Shown here: in pieces, positions 37,624 to 47,427 of the stretch
How the letters are laid out: each line of letters starts with the position of its first letter
Position numbering within the stretch: position 1 is the stretch's first letter
Source of the DNA: an uncultured Gammaproteobacteria bacterium
GTDB taxonomy: Bacteria > Patescibacteriota > Microgenomatia > CAZETR01 > Amesbacteraceae
Direction of reading: 5' to 3'
Assembly: GCA_964518565.1 (NCBI GenBank)
Contig: CAZFGX010000001.1
Span: 524,470-588,469, forward strand
DNA: 64,000 nt
Made by a program: the position numbers and the translations under genes
The notes under the pieces: generated by a model
What the model was told of the DNA's origin: nothing
Seen by the model: the letters and a program-made list of their open reading frames with translations, nothing else
The model's database searches: none

Positions 37624-38677
37624 TGATATACACTCCTAATTTTTTAGCTACCTGATACATTGAGTCGTTTTGCGACACTCGCTTCAAAACGCCAGTTGCT
37701 TCTGAAATAGGAACCGTTTCAATCATTCCAGATCGCAAGCGCACCATTGTAGAAAATTTCCCCGCCACAAATGCCTCAAAAGCACCAATTCCATAACGCT
37801 TAGCCAATATTCGATCTTCAGCATTTGGATTACCTCCACGTTGAATATGGCCCAATACGACATTTCGCATTTCAAATTCATTTGGACAAGCTTGCTCAAT
37901 CAAATGCATGAGTGTTTCAGATGCATCATGAAGTTTCATTTCCTTTCCTAACACACGAGACTCTTGCTGCAAAATACCTTCAGCTACTACAACAATTGCA
38001 AACCCTCTCGTTGCCATCCTATCGCGCAAAAATTTAGTTATATTTTGAATATCCACACCAAATTCTGGCAAAAGTATCATGCTAGCATTCGCTGCCAATC
38101 CTGCATACAAAGATATCCACCCCGTATGTCGCCCCATACATTCCACCAAAAACACTCTACCGTGAGAAGTAGCAGTTGTATGGATCTTATCAATTGCGTC
38201 CACAGCAACATCCACAGCCGTACCAAACCCAAATGTCATATCAGTCGCTGATAAATCATTATCGATAGTTTTGGGTACACCAACCAGCTGCACACCTTTA
38301 TCAGCCAGCTGCAAAGCAGCCGACAATGTCCCATCTCCCCCAATAACAATCAAGCCCTCAAGACCCAGGTCGTGCACATTCGTCTTAGCCAGTTCCAATA
38401 TTTCATCGGGTATTAGATTTGCTTGACCGCTGCCTACTTTTCCTGAAAATCTCCCGTGGTTTGTAGTATGTAAAATAGTCCCCCCCAAGTGAGAAATGCC
38501 TCTGACATCCTCTAGTTGCAGATTTATAAATTCTTTATCCAGTAATCCTTCCCATCCTTTTTCAAATCCCAACAATTCATAACCATCTGCCAAGCCAGCT
38601 TTGACTATAGCTGCAATCACTGCGTTTAATCCGGCACAATCTCCTCCAGAATTTAATATGCCCAACTTTTTTATCAT
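37616..38677 (-). CDS. pfkA: 6-phosphofructokinase (PfkA family)
   Basis: SGGDCAGLNA, IGGDGT, PKTIDND, ECMGR, LGHIQRGG. Confidence 0.94.
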   Translation of the reverse strand: MIKKLGILNSGGDCAGLNAVIAAIVKAGLADGYELLGFEKGWEGLLDKEFINLQLEDVRGISHLGGTILHTTNHGRFSGKVGSGQANLIPDEILELAKTNVHDLGLEGLIVIGGDGTLSAALQLADKGVQLVGVPKTIDNDLSATDMTFGFGTAVDVAVDAIDKIHTTATSHGRVFLVECMGRHTGWISLYAGLAANASMILLPEFGVDIQNITKFLRDRMATRGFAIVVVAEGILQQESRVLGKEMKLHDASETLMHLIEQACPNEFEMRNVVLGHIQRGGNPNAEDRILAKRYGIGAFEAFVAGKFSTMVRLRSGMIETVPISEATGVLKRVSQNDSMYQVAKKLGVYINE

Positions 38678-38719
38678 ACATAGCAAATATACTCTTTTAC
38701 TTTACAGATCTCCAGCTAA

Positions 38720-38745
38720 AGCGGTGAGTAAATTTACCCACCGCT
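38720..38745 (-). terminator. Putative hairpin terminator
   Basis: AGCGGTG/CACCGCT stem downstream of the 38760-38972 gene. Confidence 0.5.
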
Positions 38746-38759
38746 ATATTTAGAGTGTT

Positions 38760-38972
38760 TCACTCTTTTGAAGTGACTCGTTTTACTTTGTGTTCAGCGG
38801 CTTCTGTTGCATCAGACATTTGAGAAGTTGCCTTATCTTTCAAATCAGTCAATATACCCAAAAGCCGACCTCGACGTTTATCATCAGACAACAGCACTGC
38901 GACTAATCCTCCCAAAACCCCACCCATCACACCAGTTAATAACATACCGGAATTGTTGCGTGTATCAGTCAT
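38760..38972 (-). CDS. Small YtxH-like membrane-anchored protein
   Basis: G-x3-G TM followed by an amphipathic helix; SD AAAGGGGGTGA. Confidence 0.7.
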   Translation of the reverse strand: MTDTRNNSGMLLTGVMGGVLGGLVAVLLSDDKRRGRLLGILTDLKDKATSQMSDATEAAEHKVKRVTSKE

Positions 38973-39100
38973 TTAGTTCACCCCCTTTCGATATATAATA
39001 TTTCATATGTCCAAATCATAACTACGCAAAATAAAAATAAACCAAACCCTCTGTAATAATCATGTAAATTACATATTGACGTCCGTGGTACAGTAAAAAT

Positions 39101-40459
39101 ATGTACCAACTGCCGATTGCCTTTGTCGATATAGAAACAACAGGCATGAACCCTGTAAACGACCGAATAGTCGAAGTAGCAATTATTCGGGTCGAACCAG
39201 ATGGAACCATCCAAGAGTATGAGACTCTTATCGATCCCGATGTCTCGCTTAGTCCAGAATTGTCTGCCATACACGGCATTACAGATCAACTACTTCATGA
39301 GGCTCCCACATTTAGATCAGTAGCAGAAAACATACATGAAATGTTAGACGGCGCTATATTTGCCGCCCATAATGCCAGATTTGATTATGGCTTTCTCAAA
39401 CAATCGTTCAAAAGAATTCAAGCACCGTTTAATCATCCGTATATTGATACAGTAAAAATTTCTCGATGGTTATACCCCCAATATCATCGTCACGGAGTCG
39501 ACGCATTAATATCAAGACTTGGCCTGGTCGTAGAAAACAGACATCGTGCTATGCCAGACGCTAATGTGTTGTATAAATTTTTTCAAAAAATTCTCATAGA
39601 CCATCAACCAGAAGTATTAGACGATTTAATCAAAAGAGCCTTAACCAAGCCAATGTTACCGGCTAACATTTCTCATTCGATGTTTGAAAATTTGCCAGAA
39701 AATTGTGGCATATATATCATGTACGATCAATCAAATACCCCTATATATATCGGTAAAAGCAAAAATATTCGTGCACGAGTACTACAACACTTTAGCAATG
39801 ATATGAATTCTGCCAAGGAGCGAAAACTTTCCGCACACGTTAGATCAATTAATCACATTCAAACCGCTGGTGAAATTGGCGCATTGTTATTAGAATCTCA
39901 AATGATCAAAAAACATCTGCCTATTTTCAATCGCATGCTTCGTCAAAGTCACACACTAACCATGTTAGTTCTTGATACATCTCTTGCCTACCATCGTCTC
40001 CAAATAGACCAAGTAAAAAACATTCACCTCTACGATCCAAAACAAATTATGGCAATTTGCAAATCTCAACGTCAAGCAAAGCAACTAATTATTTCTACAG
40101 CCCAAGAATACAAACTCTGTCAAAAAATCCTTGGCGTTGAAAAAAGTCAAAACAGCTGCTTCGGCTATCAGATCGATAAATGTAAAGGCGCATGTATAAA
40201 TAAGGAATCACCAGAATTGCATAATTTACGATTAGAGCTTGCCTTCACAAAAACCAAAATTAAATCTTGGCCATTTGAAAATCAAAAATTAATTACAGAA
40301 AAAAACCTTCTTACAGGCCAAACTGATATATTCACAATCAACAATTGGGTGATTGTTAAAAAAACTTCTCATGTCCAAGAAGAACAAATCTCTTCTGTAG
40401 AATTTGAACAATTTTTTGATTACGATACATACAAAATTCTCCTAAAGGCAATCCTGTGA
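39101..40459 (+). CDS. DEDDh 3'-5' exonuclease (DnaQ-like) fused to a UvrC/Cho-like GIY-YIG nuclease
   Basis: VDIETTG, AHNARFD, HRAMPDA; GIY..IYIGKSKNIRARV; ALLLE. Confidence 0.92.
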   Translation: MYQLPIAFVDIETTGMNPVNDRIVEVAIIRVEPDGTIQEYETLIDPDVSLSPELSAIHGITDQLLHEAPTFRSVAENIHEMLDGAIFAAHNARFDYGFLKQSFKRIQAPFNHPYIDTVKISRWLYPQYHRHGVDALISRLGLVVENRHRAMPDANVLYKFFQKILIDHQPEVLDDLIKRALTKPMLPANISHSMFENLPENCGIYIMYDQSNTPIYIGKSKNIRARVLQHFSNDMNSAKERKLSAHVRSINHIQTAGEIGALLLESQMIKKHLPIFNRMLRQSHTLTMLVLDTSLAYHRLQIDQVKNIHLYDPKQIMAICKSQRQAKQLIISTAQEYKLCQKILGVEKSQNSCFGYQIDKCKGACINKESPELHNLRLELAFTKTKIKSWPFENQKLITEKNLLTGQTDIFTINNWVIVKKTSHVQEEQISSVEFEQFFDYDTYKILLKAIL

Positions 40460-40472
40460 TAAATTTAGTCAA

Positions 40473-42134
40473 ATGAAGCGATTAGTATACCCAATAATTT
40501 TATTGTTTATTCTTCTCACCAGCTCTTTGCACCATTTTTATCCAGACGAATTTGAAAATATTCTGGGAGCAAAAAATGTTCTTTCTGGTCGTTTGCCCTA
40601 CACAGGTTTTTTTACTCAACACAATCCACTACCGTATATTGCGGCAGTTCCGTTATATATTATGGCAAACGGCAGCTTTCCCAGGTTTCGTCTATTGTAT
40701 GCCGTATTAATTTTTGGTCTGTATATTTGGCTAACAAAATGGGGTTACAAATTTGTCGGCAAAAAATTTGGTCGTACGATTAGTATCCTTACAATCTTAC
40801 TAGCAGTTGGCTCTACGTTTGATTGGACCCATATGTATATTGCTGATTCTATATCAGCCCTCTTGTTATTACCTGGTTATCTGATCTTAATTTCATCACT
40901 AATTCGCACTTCACCATTAACCCCCCATCAACATAAAATCATCGCACTATCCGCTACAGCCACACTTTGGACATCATTGACTCAAATATATACGGTAGCC
41001 ATTCTTGTAAGCGTGAGCTTGCTGCATACCTGGAAATCAGAGAGATCCTTTAGTCAAATAAAACGTTATATCCTTTATTTATCACTGCCAATTTTCTATC
41101 TCCTAATTACTGGCAGTTTAAAACAATTTTATCTTCAGTCTATCCATTTCAATGTCGCATATTATGCATATCTACCTGACAATATTTCTACCCACAACCC
41201 ACTGAGAATTGCAGTAGTAATTTTGGTTCATTTTTTCCAACAATTTAAGACTTCATTACTCATGACAAAAGATTTGAATATCGGGTTCCCTTACATTGTC
41301 ACATTGGCGCTAGCAAATTTTTCTCTTCTTGCGTATGCGATATATAAAAAAAGATATTTAGCAGCAGTGGCGCTTTGGCTCCTACTTAGTTTTTCCTGTG
41401 CCAGAGCTGACCCCTACACCACAACAGAAACAGATTACCAAGCAGCGGTATACCACATACTATCAATTACAAATTTGTTTTTGTCTCTATATTTTTGGCT
41501 GTTTCATAGCAAGAAAAATCTTTTATCTCAATCACTAATTCTTATCACTGCAATATATACACTTGCCTTAAGCATATTTTTGACCGATAAATGGCTAGAC
41601 AAGAGCTACACAAAATACATGGGGACTCAACCACTTATTTATGACCGACCTGCAATTGCAAATTTTGTAAACGATTATGTATCCAAAAAACAAACATATT
41701 TCTTAGGCCCATTTGATCCTCAAGAACATTTATATATAAATCGCACACCAGCATCCAGATATCAAATGATTTTACCTGGAATGGATAAAGACCAAACTAT
41801 GCAAAACCAAATTATTCAGGATATTCAAACCAATAAGCCGGCTCTTGTAATATTTGATACCGAACAACGGCTATACAGCATGAAACCTGGGGAATTTTTG
41901 ACGAAATATATTTTTGACAATTATCAAAATTTAGATCAAATTGGCACGCCGTGCAATGGCTGGATCGCCAGCACCAAATGGTATGGTCATTTCGACGCCG
42001 AACGACATATTTTTTATCCAAAACAAGATAACAATAAATTATTACAGTCCCTTGCCGACAAAAAAATAATCCAAAAAATTTCTCCTGAAGAAATCAAAAA
42101 AATACCTCGATGTAATCAAACTAAAAACAGCTAA
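40473..42134 (+). CDS. GT-C-like integral membrane glycosyltransferase
   Basis: PDE, G.LPY..FF.QH.PL, many TM segments, soluble C-terminal domain. Confidence 0.72.
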   Translation: MKRLVYPIILLFILLTSSLHHFYPDEFENILGAKNVLSGRLPYTGFFTQHNPLPYIAAVPLYIMANGSFPRFRLLYAVLIFGLYIWLTKWGYKFVGKKFGRTISILTILLAVGSTFDWTHMYIADSISALLLLPGYLILISSLIRTSPLTPHQHKIIALSATATLWTSLTQIYTVAILVSVSLLHTWKSERSFSQIKRYILYLSLPIFYLLITGSLKQFYLQSIHFNVAYYAYLPDNISTHNPLRIAVVILVHFFQQFKTSLLMTKDLNIGFPYIVTLALANFSLLAYAIYKKRYLAAVALWLLLSFSCARADPYTTTETDYQAAVYHILSITNLFLSLYFWLFHSKKNLLSQSLILITAIYTLALSIFLTDKWLDKSYTKYMGTQPLIYDRPAIANFVNDYVSKKQTYFLGPFDPQEHLYINRTPASRYQMILPGMDKDQTMQNQIIQDIQTNKPALVIFDTEQRLYSMKPGEFLTKYIFDNYQNLDQIGTPCNGWIASTKWYGHFDAERHIFYPKQDNNKLLQSLADKKIIQKISPEEIKKIPRCNQTKNS

Positions 42135-43600
42135 TACAATCCCACATATTGTTTTGGTATAAAAAAGCGCCACAAAATCGGCAATCGAATGTCCGATAGT
42201 GGAGTTCCTACTTGAATTGGACAAGTAATACTTTCGCAAGTAATCGGGAACACGCTGTATATATATCTCGCGTTCAAATACAACCCCACCATTAATACCC
42301 CAACCAATACAGCACGAGATACATATATAGCAGTGTAAGAAGGTTTAATAGTCAGCCAAATAAATGGCACCATCAATAAACCAAAAACGACTTTAAATGT
42401 ATATGTATCTGTCGTAGCCATAAAGGCATTATGGACAAAAAAACGAGATGACAACCACATACCCACTGCCATAAACCCGGTCAGTAAATTAGGCGATTTA
42501 ATTGATTGAACCAAACCAATACTTCCCAAAAAGGCCAACAGAGGAAATACTGGATATCTGTACCAAGCCAATGGATCTTGCTCCCCAGAAGACATCACTA
42601 CTACTCCAAACCAAAAAACAATTGCCCATACTAAATATGCGATCCGTTTATCCTTATAAGAATTTACCCCCACAATAAAGCTCATAAACAATAAATATAC
42701 ATACCAACCATCAAATACTGGCTCATTGCTCGTACTATAAAGCGGTGTAGAAAACACATACCCCAAAGACGACCAACCCGAAGGCCGAAATCCTTGTATA
42801 CGTAGAATCTCCCAAGCTTTCTGTCCTCCAAAATGCGTATAGTAACCCAAAAGACCAACCACAAAGGGAACAACGATCAACAGTGTCAGCAAACCTTTTT
42901 TAACTTGATTTCGTATTATAAATATAAACGCAAAAAAACCTGCGATAAAAAAGCCAGTAGGTTTCATAAGCCCTGCCAAGCCTGCCAAGACACCCAAACC
43001 TATCGGCAAGAAATACTTCCATCTACCAATGTGACGCGATTCCAAATTTGACAACAAAAACAACCCCAAAACATACAAAAAACTAATACCATTTTCTGGC
43101 AAAGATAAACGTGAACCAAATAAAAATATTGGCGTCAGAGTATAAATTGTTGCAACCAATAACCCCATCTTTGTTCCATACCAACGACGAGCCCAAAAAA
43201 ACAATAACAAAGTCGTGGCAAACCCAAAAAAAATTGCCGGTATTCGAATATGGCTCGCTGGTAAAATTGTCCAAGTTGGATCGTTGTACCAATAAGCCAT
43301 GCTACCGGCTAATAGCGAATACAGAGGTGGTTCATCCAACCACGGTTTATACATTTTTACACCAATTTGAATTTGTGTCCCCTTCCCCATCACCCCATCA
43401 AAGGCAATCCATGACGATGGGTATGCTTTATGTCCAGTCCACCCCAACGGTTGGCCTTCTCGGATCAAATTTACACCAGCCCAGCCATAATTTAACTCAT
43501 CTGCATGACCCGGAAACGGATAACGACCATAATCGTGAGCTCTAAAAATAAATAAAACTGCCAAACAAAGAACTATAGTTGTCCAATAAATGACTTTCAT
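42131..43600 (-). CDS. ArnT/PMT-family (GT-C) glycosyltransferase
   Basis: ADE, DEPPLY, RIP, K.TG; many TM segments. Confidence 0.8.
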   Translation of the reverse strand: MKVIYWTTIVLCLAVLFIFRAHDYGRYPFPGHADELNYGWAGVNLIREGQPLGWTGHKAYPSSWIAFDGVMGKGTQIQIGVKMYKPWLDEPPLYSLLAGSMAYWYNDPTWTILPASHIRIPAIFFGFATTLLLFFWARRWYGTKMGLLVATIYTLTPIFLFGSRLSLPENGISFLYVLGLFLLSNLESRHIGRWKYFLPIGLGVLAGLAGLMKPTGFFIAGFFAFIFIIRNQVKKGLLTLLIVVPFVVGLLGYYTHFGGQKAWEILRIQGFRPSGWSSLGYVFSTPLYSTSNEPVFDGWYVYLLFMSFIVGVNSYKDKRIAYLVWAIVFWFGVVVMSSGEQDPLAWYRYPVFPLLAFLGSIGLVQSIKSPNLLTGFMAVGMWLSSRFFVHNAFMATTDTYTFKVVFGLLMVPFIWLTIKPSYTAIYVSRAVLVGVLMVGLYLNARYIYSVFPITCESITCPIQVGTPLSDIRLPILWRFFIPKQYVGLY

Positions 43601-44469
43601 ATTTTTTTCCTAAAAATAAATATACCGAAAATACTGACAATTCCAACAGTTATCAAAACCAACAATTTTTTACCTTTCGCCAAACCTCCTGTAGAAAGTT
43701 GTTTTTGATCATTAGTCAAAGCAGGTGTAACAATCGGTACCAAGCTCTTATCCATCATCATGACATATGCGTCAGAAATAAATCCTTGTTTATCAGTCAC
43801 TCTCAACAATACTGAAACAATAGACAAACCTCCAGGAAATTGTTTAGACGGATATTCGTGACTCACTCTTTGACCATAAACCGCCGGTGTTGTGTCTCCA
43901 AAATCCCAAAAATACGATTCACCTACAGAACCAACAGACTCAAATTGAACAGGAGAATTCAAATCTACATACACCATTCCACTTACGCTGTCTGGCAATT
44001 GGCCATTAATTTTAATCGCAGATTTAGGCAATACATAATCATCACTCGGCAAGATGTGAATCAGTACAGATTGAAACAACTGCGGTGTTGGTAACTCAGA
44101 TGAATCTATTTTCACAGTGAGTGTATAAGATCCAGGTTTGGTGTATACATGGTTCATGCTAGTACCAATTGCACTTTTACCATCCCCAAAATCCCATAAA
44201 AATGTAGTTTTTTTCAACACTTCTGGCGAAATTCCCAGTACAGCAAAATCTATTTGAAAATTCAATTGCTCTCCAACAGGAAAGGGTGTGTGAGCCAAAT
44301 CCTGGGGCAAAACAAAATCAGCTACAGAACTCGAAGGCACAGGATAAAGATCGCTATATACACCATTGATTTTGAAAAACGGCGGTTGACCAGCCACATG
44401 TGCCAATACTACTCCGCTTAAAAAAGCGGAGTAGTAAAAAAATAAACACAATGCAACAAAAAATTTCAT
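43597..44469 (-). CDS. Exported two-PKD-domain protein with C-terminal TM
   Basis: WDFGDG..HVYTKPGSY and a second WDFGD; signal peptide ending VLA-HV. Confidence 0.85.
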   Translation of the reverse strand: MKFFVALCLFFYYSAFLSGVVLAHVAGQPPFFKINGVYSDLYPVPSSSVADFVLPQDLAHTPFPVGEQLNFQIDFAVLGISPEVLKKTTFLWDFGDGKSAIGTSMNHVYTKPGSYTLTVKIDSSELPTPQLFQSVLIHILPSDDYVLPKSAIKINGQLPDSVSGMVYVDLNSPVQFESVGSVGESYFWDFGDTTPAVYGQRVSHEYPSKQFPGGLSIVSVLLRVTDKQGFISDAYVMMMDKSLVPIVTPALTNDQKQLSTGGLAKGKKLLVLITVGIVSIFGIFIFRKKI

Positions 44470-45065
44470 GCAGTTTTACGAGAAAAAAGTTGCATCGATA
44501 TAGCAAATGCTGACATGGCTAAAGCAGCAATAGATAATAAATTCACCCGATCATTAGCCGCATCAGCTGCCGTAGGCTTAGGCGTCAAATCATCTATAAC
44601 GCTTGTTGTAGAAAATGGTCCAATTGATTTATCTGATTCATCAAATTCTGCTTCCGACTTGTCCCATGAAACAACACTACCGTCCTGATACGTTTGGTAC
44701 GCTTTCCAGATAATATCAGTTTCCTTGGCTGGAACTTTTGCCGAAAAAGCAAACTCATCTCGTTGACCAGTTGGAATTACACCGCCAGACCATAAGATTT
44801 CCATGGTGCCACCATCTAGTTTTTTAGTTGAAATTTTCCAACCCTGCTTAACATTTGGCATAACTGAACTTAAATCAGCCGGAACCACCAAACGCACTGC
44901 CACTGTAGAAATTTCTTTTTCTACAGGTACTGCGACAGTAAATGTTTGCCGCGAGCCAACAGCCACTTCACTAGGTTTTACTACGACATGTGCAAAAGCA
45001 GATTGAGCAAAAACATGAACCAAACACAATATGCCTAAAAATGAAAAAATAATTCGTAACTTCAT
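44466..45065 (-). CDS. YcnI/DUF1775 copper-binding protein
   Basis: AFA-HVVV.P, VPVE, W.AYQTY.DG..V.W, C-terminal TM. Confidence 0.9.
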   Translation of the reverse strand: MKLRIIFSFLGILCLVHVFAQSAFAHVVVKPSEVAVGSRQTFTVAVPVEKEISTVAVRLVVPADLSSVMPNVKQGWKISTKKLDGGTMEILWSGGVIPTGQRDEFAFSAKVPAKETDIIWKAYQTYQDGSVVSWDKSEAEFDESDKSIGPFSTTSVIDDLTPKPTAADAANDRVNLLSIAALAMSAFAISMQLFSRKTA

Positions 45066-45069
45066 AAAA

Positions 45070-45516
45070 TCACCTCCTTAAAAATAAGTGTGACACCCAT
45101 TCTACAATTCTTTGCCACAAACTAACAGACGTTGGCGACCCACTTTCTTCACGACTCACACGTACAGAATATGTCAATAAAAAATCAGGCTTTTTTCCCG
45201 CAACCCTAATTTCATACACCCCTTTCTTATCAAAGACATATTCCACTCCATTTTCAGAAAAATTATCAGCATATAGTTCACCATTGTCGCGCCAAATAGA
45301 TAGTTGGCAACCACAAGTCTCCCAATCAAATAATCCAGACGTATCTTTAATTTCTACAAAAAAACGTGTCGGCTCTCCTACAATTGGATTGTCATCCGGG
45401 CTAATATGTAGTACTCCCCCAACTGTATTACTCGTCTCCAATACATGTGCCTCAACAAGAATTGGCGAAACAATAATAAAAAAAATACTGCACAAAGAAA
45501 ACAAAACAAACTTCAT
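45070..45516 (-). CDS. Exported protein with predicted N-terminal His
   Basis: Signal peptide VEA-HVL, LHISPDD.P, CGC, G.Y.I.V.G. Confidence 0.75.
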   Translation of the reverse strand: MKFVLFSLCSIFFIIVSPILVEAHVLETSNTVGGVLHISPDDNPIVGEPTRFFVEIKDTSGLFDWETCGCQLSIWRDNGELYADNFSENGVEYVFDKKGVYEIRVAGKKPDFLLTYSVRVSREESGSPTSVSLWQRIVEWVSHLFLRR

Positions 45517-46916
45517 GGTTCTACTTTGATTAAATAACGACTAACTGTCAAGGTTCCACGAGGCATAAACTGACCAAAAACAGCATAAACCCCGGGTTGT
45601 ATGGGAGAATATAAACCAATTGGCAAAAATTCTATATCTGGACCACCTCTATCAGAAGACAATAAACGTTGACTTATTTTAGGATGGATATGTGTATATT
45701 CAAACGTTTGCGTGTTAATCATGACCAAATGTCCATATGCACCCAAGTATGGGTGGAGGTCCTGAAACAACTCAGAGGAATTGGTTTGAGAAAAATGAAA
45801 CCGCAACAATTGCTGACCAATTGACATTTTTTTTGCGGACAGTGTCTCGTCAGTCTCCAGAGAAATTTTTAAGTCACCAAATACTTGTTCATAATTACTG
45901 TCGTGGACAAAACTTTTCTGCGAATTATCCGACCCTGAACCCACCAAGAGGGTAAAACCAAATTGTTGCTCATTTTTCTCACCAACAGGTGTGAAATCTA
46001 TATATATGTGATACAAATCAGATTTTGGAAATTGAGTAGAAATTTCGAATTCCCCATCACCCAAATATTCTGGATGAATATGTGAAAAATATTTCAACGA
46101 TGAATCAACAATAATCACGTGCATCAGTTTTTCGTAAGCATAATTAAATAATTGAACCCGATAACCACTACTTGCATCATTTACTACAAAACGAAGTGTA
46201 GAAGTCTTATTTGGTAAAACTTTTTTCTCTGGAATAAAGCTGACTGAAAATCTACGTCCAGTTATTTGCCCACTTGTAACACGTGCCACTACGTCAGAGG
46301 CCTGAGATGAATGTTGACTATGTAAAGACAACGAGCCTAGATTGTTTGATTTTGGCGCGAATAAAATCACACTTACAACAAGCAAACAAAATCCCATTAC
46401 AACTGTAACCCAACCTTTTTTATTTAACGACTGCAACAATATCCATAGCGATATAGCTAAAAACAATAGTTTTACCCCTGGCAAAGAAAAGTCAGAAAAA
46501 TGTATCCCAATAATTAATATATGTATACAGAGTATACCGAACAATAAACCTGTCAGAATTTTTGCAAAACGAGTTTTATAAAAGACTAAAATCGCCAAAA
46601 GACAAATAGCCCCTAAACCAAAAATCATAGGCCGCAGATAAGAAACTGGCAAAAATGCCAACCCTGCAAATCCATTAAATTGACCAAAAAATGCACAACT
46701 CGCATGAGCAAGAGCAAAAACCAGACACCAAAATCCCACCTGCTTTCGCCCTAGAAGGGCTTTTGGCCAAAAAACACAAATCAGCAAATAACCTAATGCC
46801 GCAAATGCATACGCCCGAGTCAAGGTAATTATTTGCAAACTTCCAGCTGGTAATACAAAAAAACTATAGACTGCCAGTAAAACAAACAATAATCCAGAAA
46901 ATAAATTAATGATCAT
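45513..46916 (-). CDS. MsrQ/ferric-reductase-like TM domain fused to tandem His-rich metal-binding domains
   Basis: RKQVG....FALAH and a TM His; KLMHVIIV..HIHP and YLGAYGHLV..HIHP. Confidence 0.75.
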   Translation of the reverse strand: MIINLFSGLLFVLLAVYSFFVLPAGSLQIITLTRAYAFAALGYLLICVFWPKALLGRKQVGFWCLVFALAHASCAFFGQFNGFAGLAFLPVSYLRPMIFGLGAICLLAILVFYKTRFAKILTGLLFGILCIHILIIGIHFSDFSLPGVKLLFLAISLWILLQSLNKKGWVTVVMGFCLLVVSVILFAPKSNNLGSLSLHSQHSSQASDVVARVTSGQITGRRFSVSFIPEKKVLPNKTSTLRFVVNDASSGYRVQLFNYAYEKLMHVIIVDSSLKYFSHIHPEYLGDGEFEISTQFPKSDLYHIYIDFTPVGEKNEQQFGFTLLVGSGSDNSQKSFVHDSNYEQVFGDLKISLETDETLSAKKMSIGQQLLRFHFSQTNSSELFQDLHPYLGAYGHLVMINTQTFEYTHIHPKISQRLLSSDRGGPDIEFLPIGLYSPIQPGVYAVFGQFMPRGTLTVSRYLIKVEP

Positions 46917-47427
46917 GCTTCAAAAATTTAGAATATGTTTTAATCAATTTTTGTACTTTGGGATCAATAATCAAACTACAATATGGATTTGAAGTCCGAT
47001 TGGTGTCGTAATAGCCCTGATGATACGTTTCAGCCTGATAAAACTCACTCGCTTGAGCTAGCTGGGTCGTACAACCAGGAATAGAAGCCATATATTTCTC
47101 AGCCAAATTCTTTTGATGTTCAGTATGATAAAAAATCGCTGATCTATATTGAGTTCCTACATCGTTTCCTTGTCTGTTTAATGTTGTACTATCATGAGTC
47201 GCAAAGAAAATTTCCAACAATACAGTGTATGAAATTACTTCAGGATCATACGAAATTTGAATCGCCTCAGCATGACCTGTATTTCCACTGCACACTTGTT
47301 CATAAGTAGGATTTTTTACTTGTCCACCAATATATCCCGAAATTACAGATGTTACTCCTTCTAAACGTTCAAATATTGCTTCAGTACACCAAAAACACCC
47401 ACCCGCAAATGTAGCATATTCTGTCAT
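46906..47427 (-). CDS. msrA: Peptide methionine-S-sulfoxide reductase
   Basis: AGGCFWC, PTYEQVC, TGHAE, RQGNDVGTQYRS, AE.YHQ. Confidence 0.97.
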   Translation of the reverse strand: MTEYATFAGGCFWCTEAIFERLEGVTSVISGYIGGQVKNPTYEQVCSGNTGHAEAIQISYDPEVISYTVLLEIFFATHDSTTLNRQGNDVGTQYRSAIFYHTEHQKNLAEKYMASIPGCTTQLAQASEFYQAETYHQGYYDTNRTSNPYCSLIIDPKVQKLIKTYSKFLKHDH

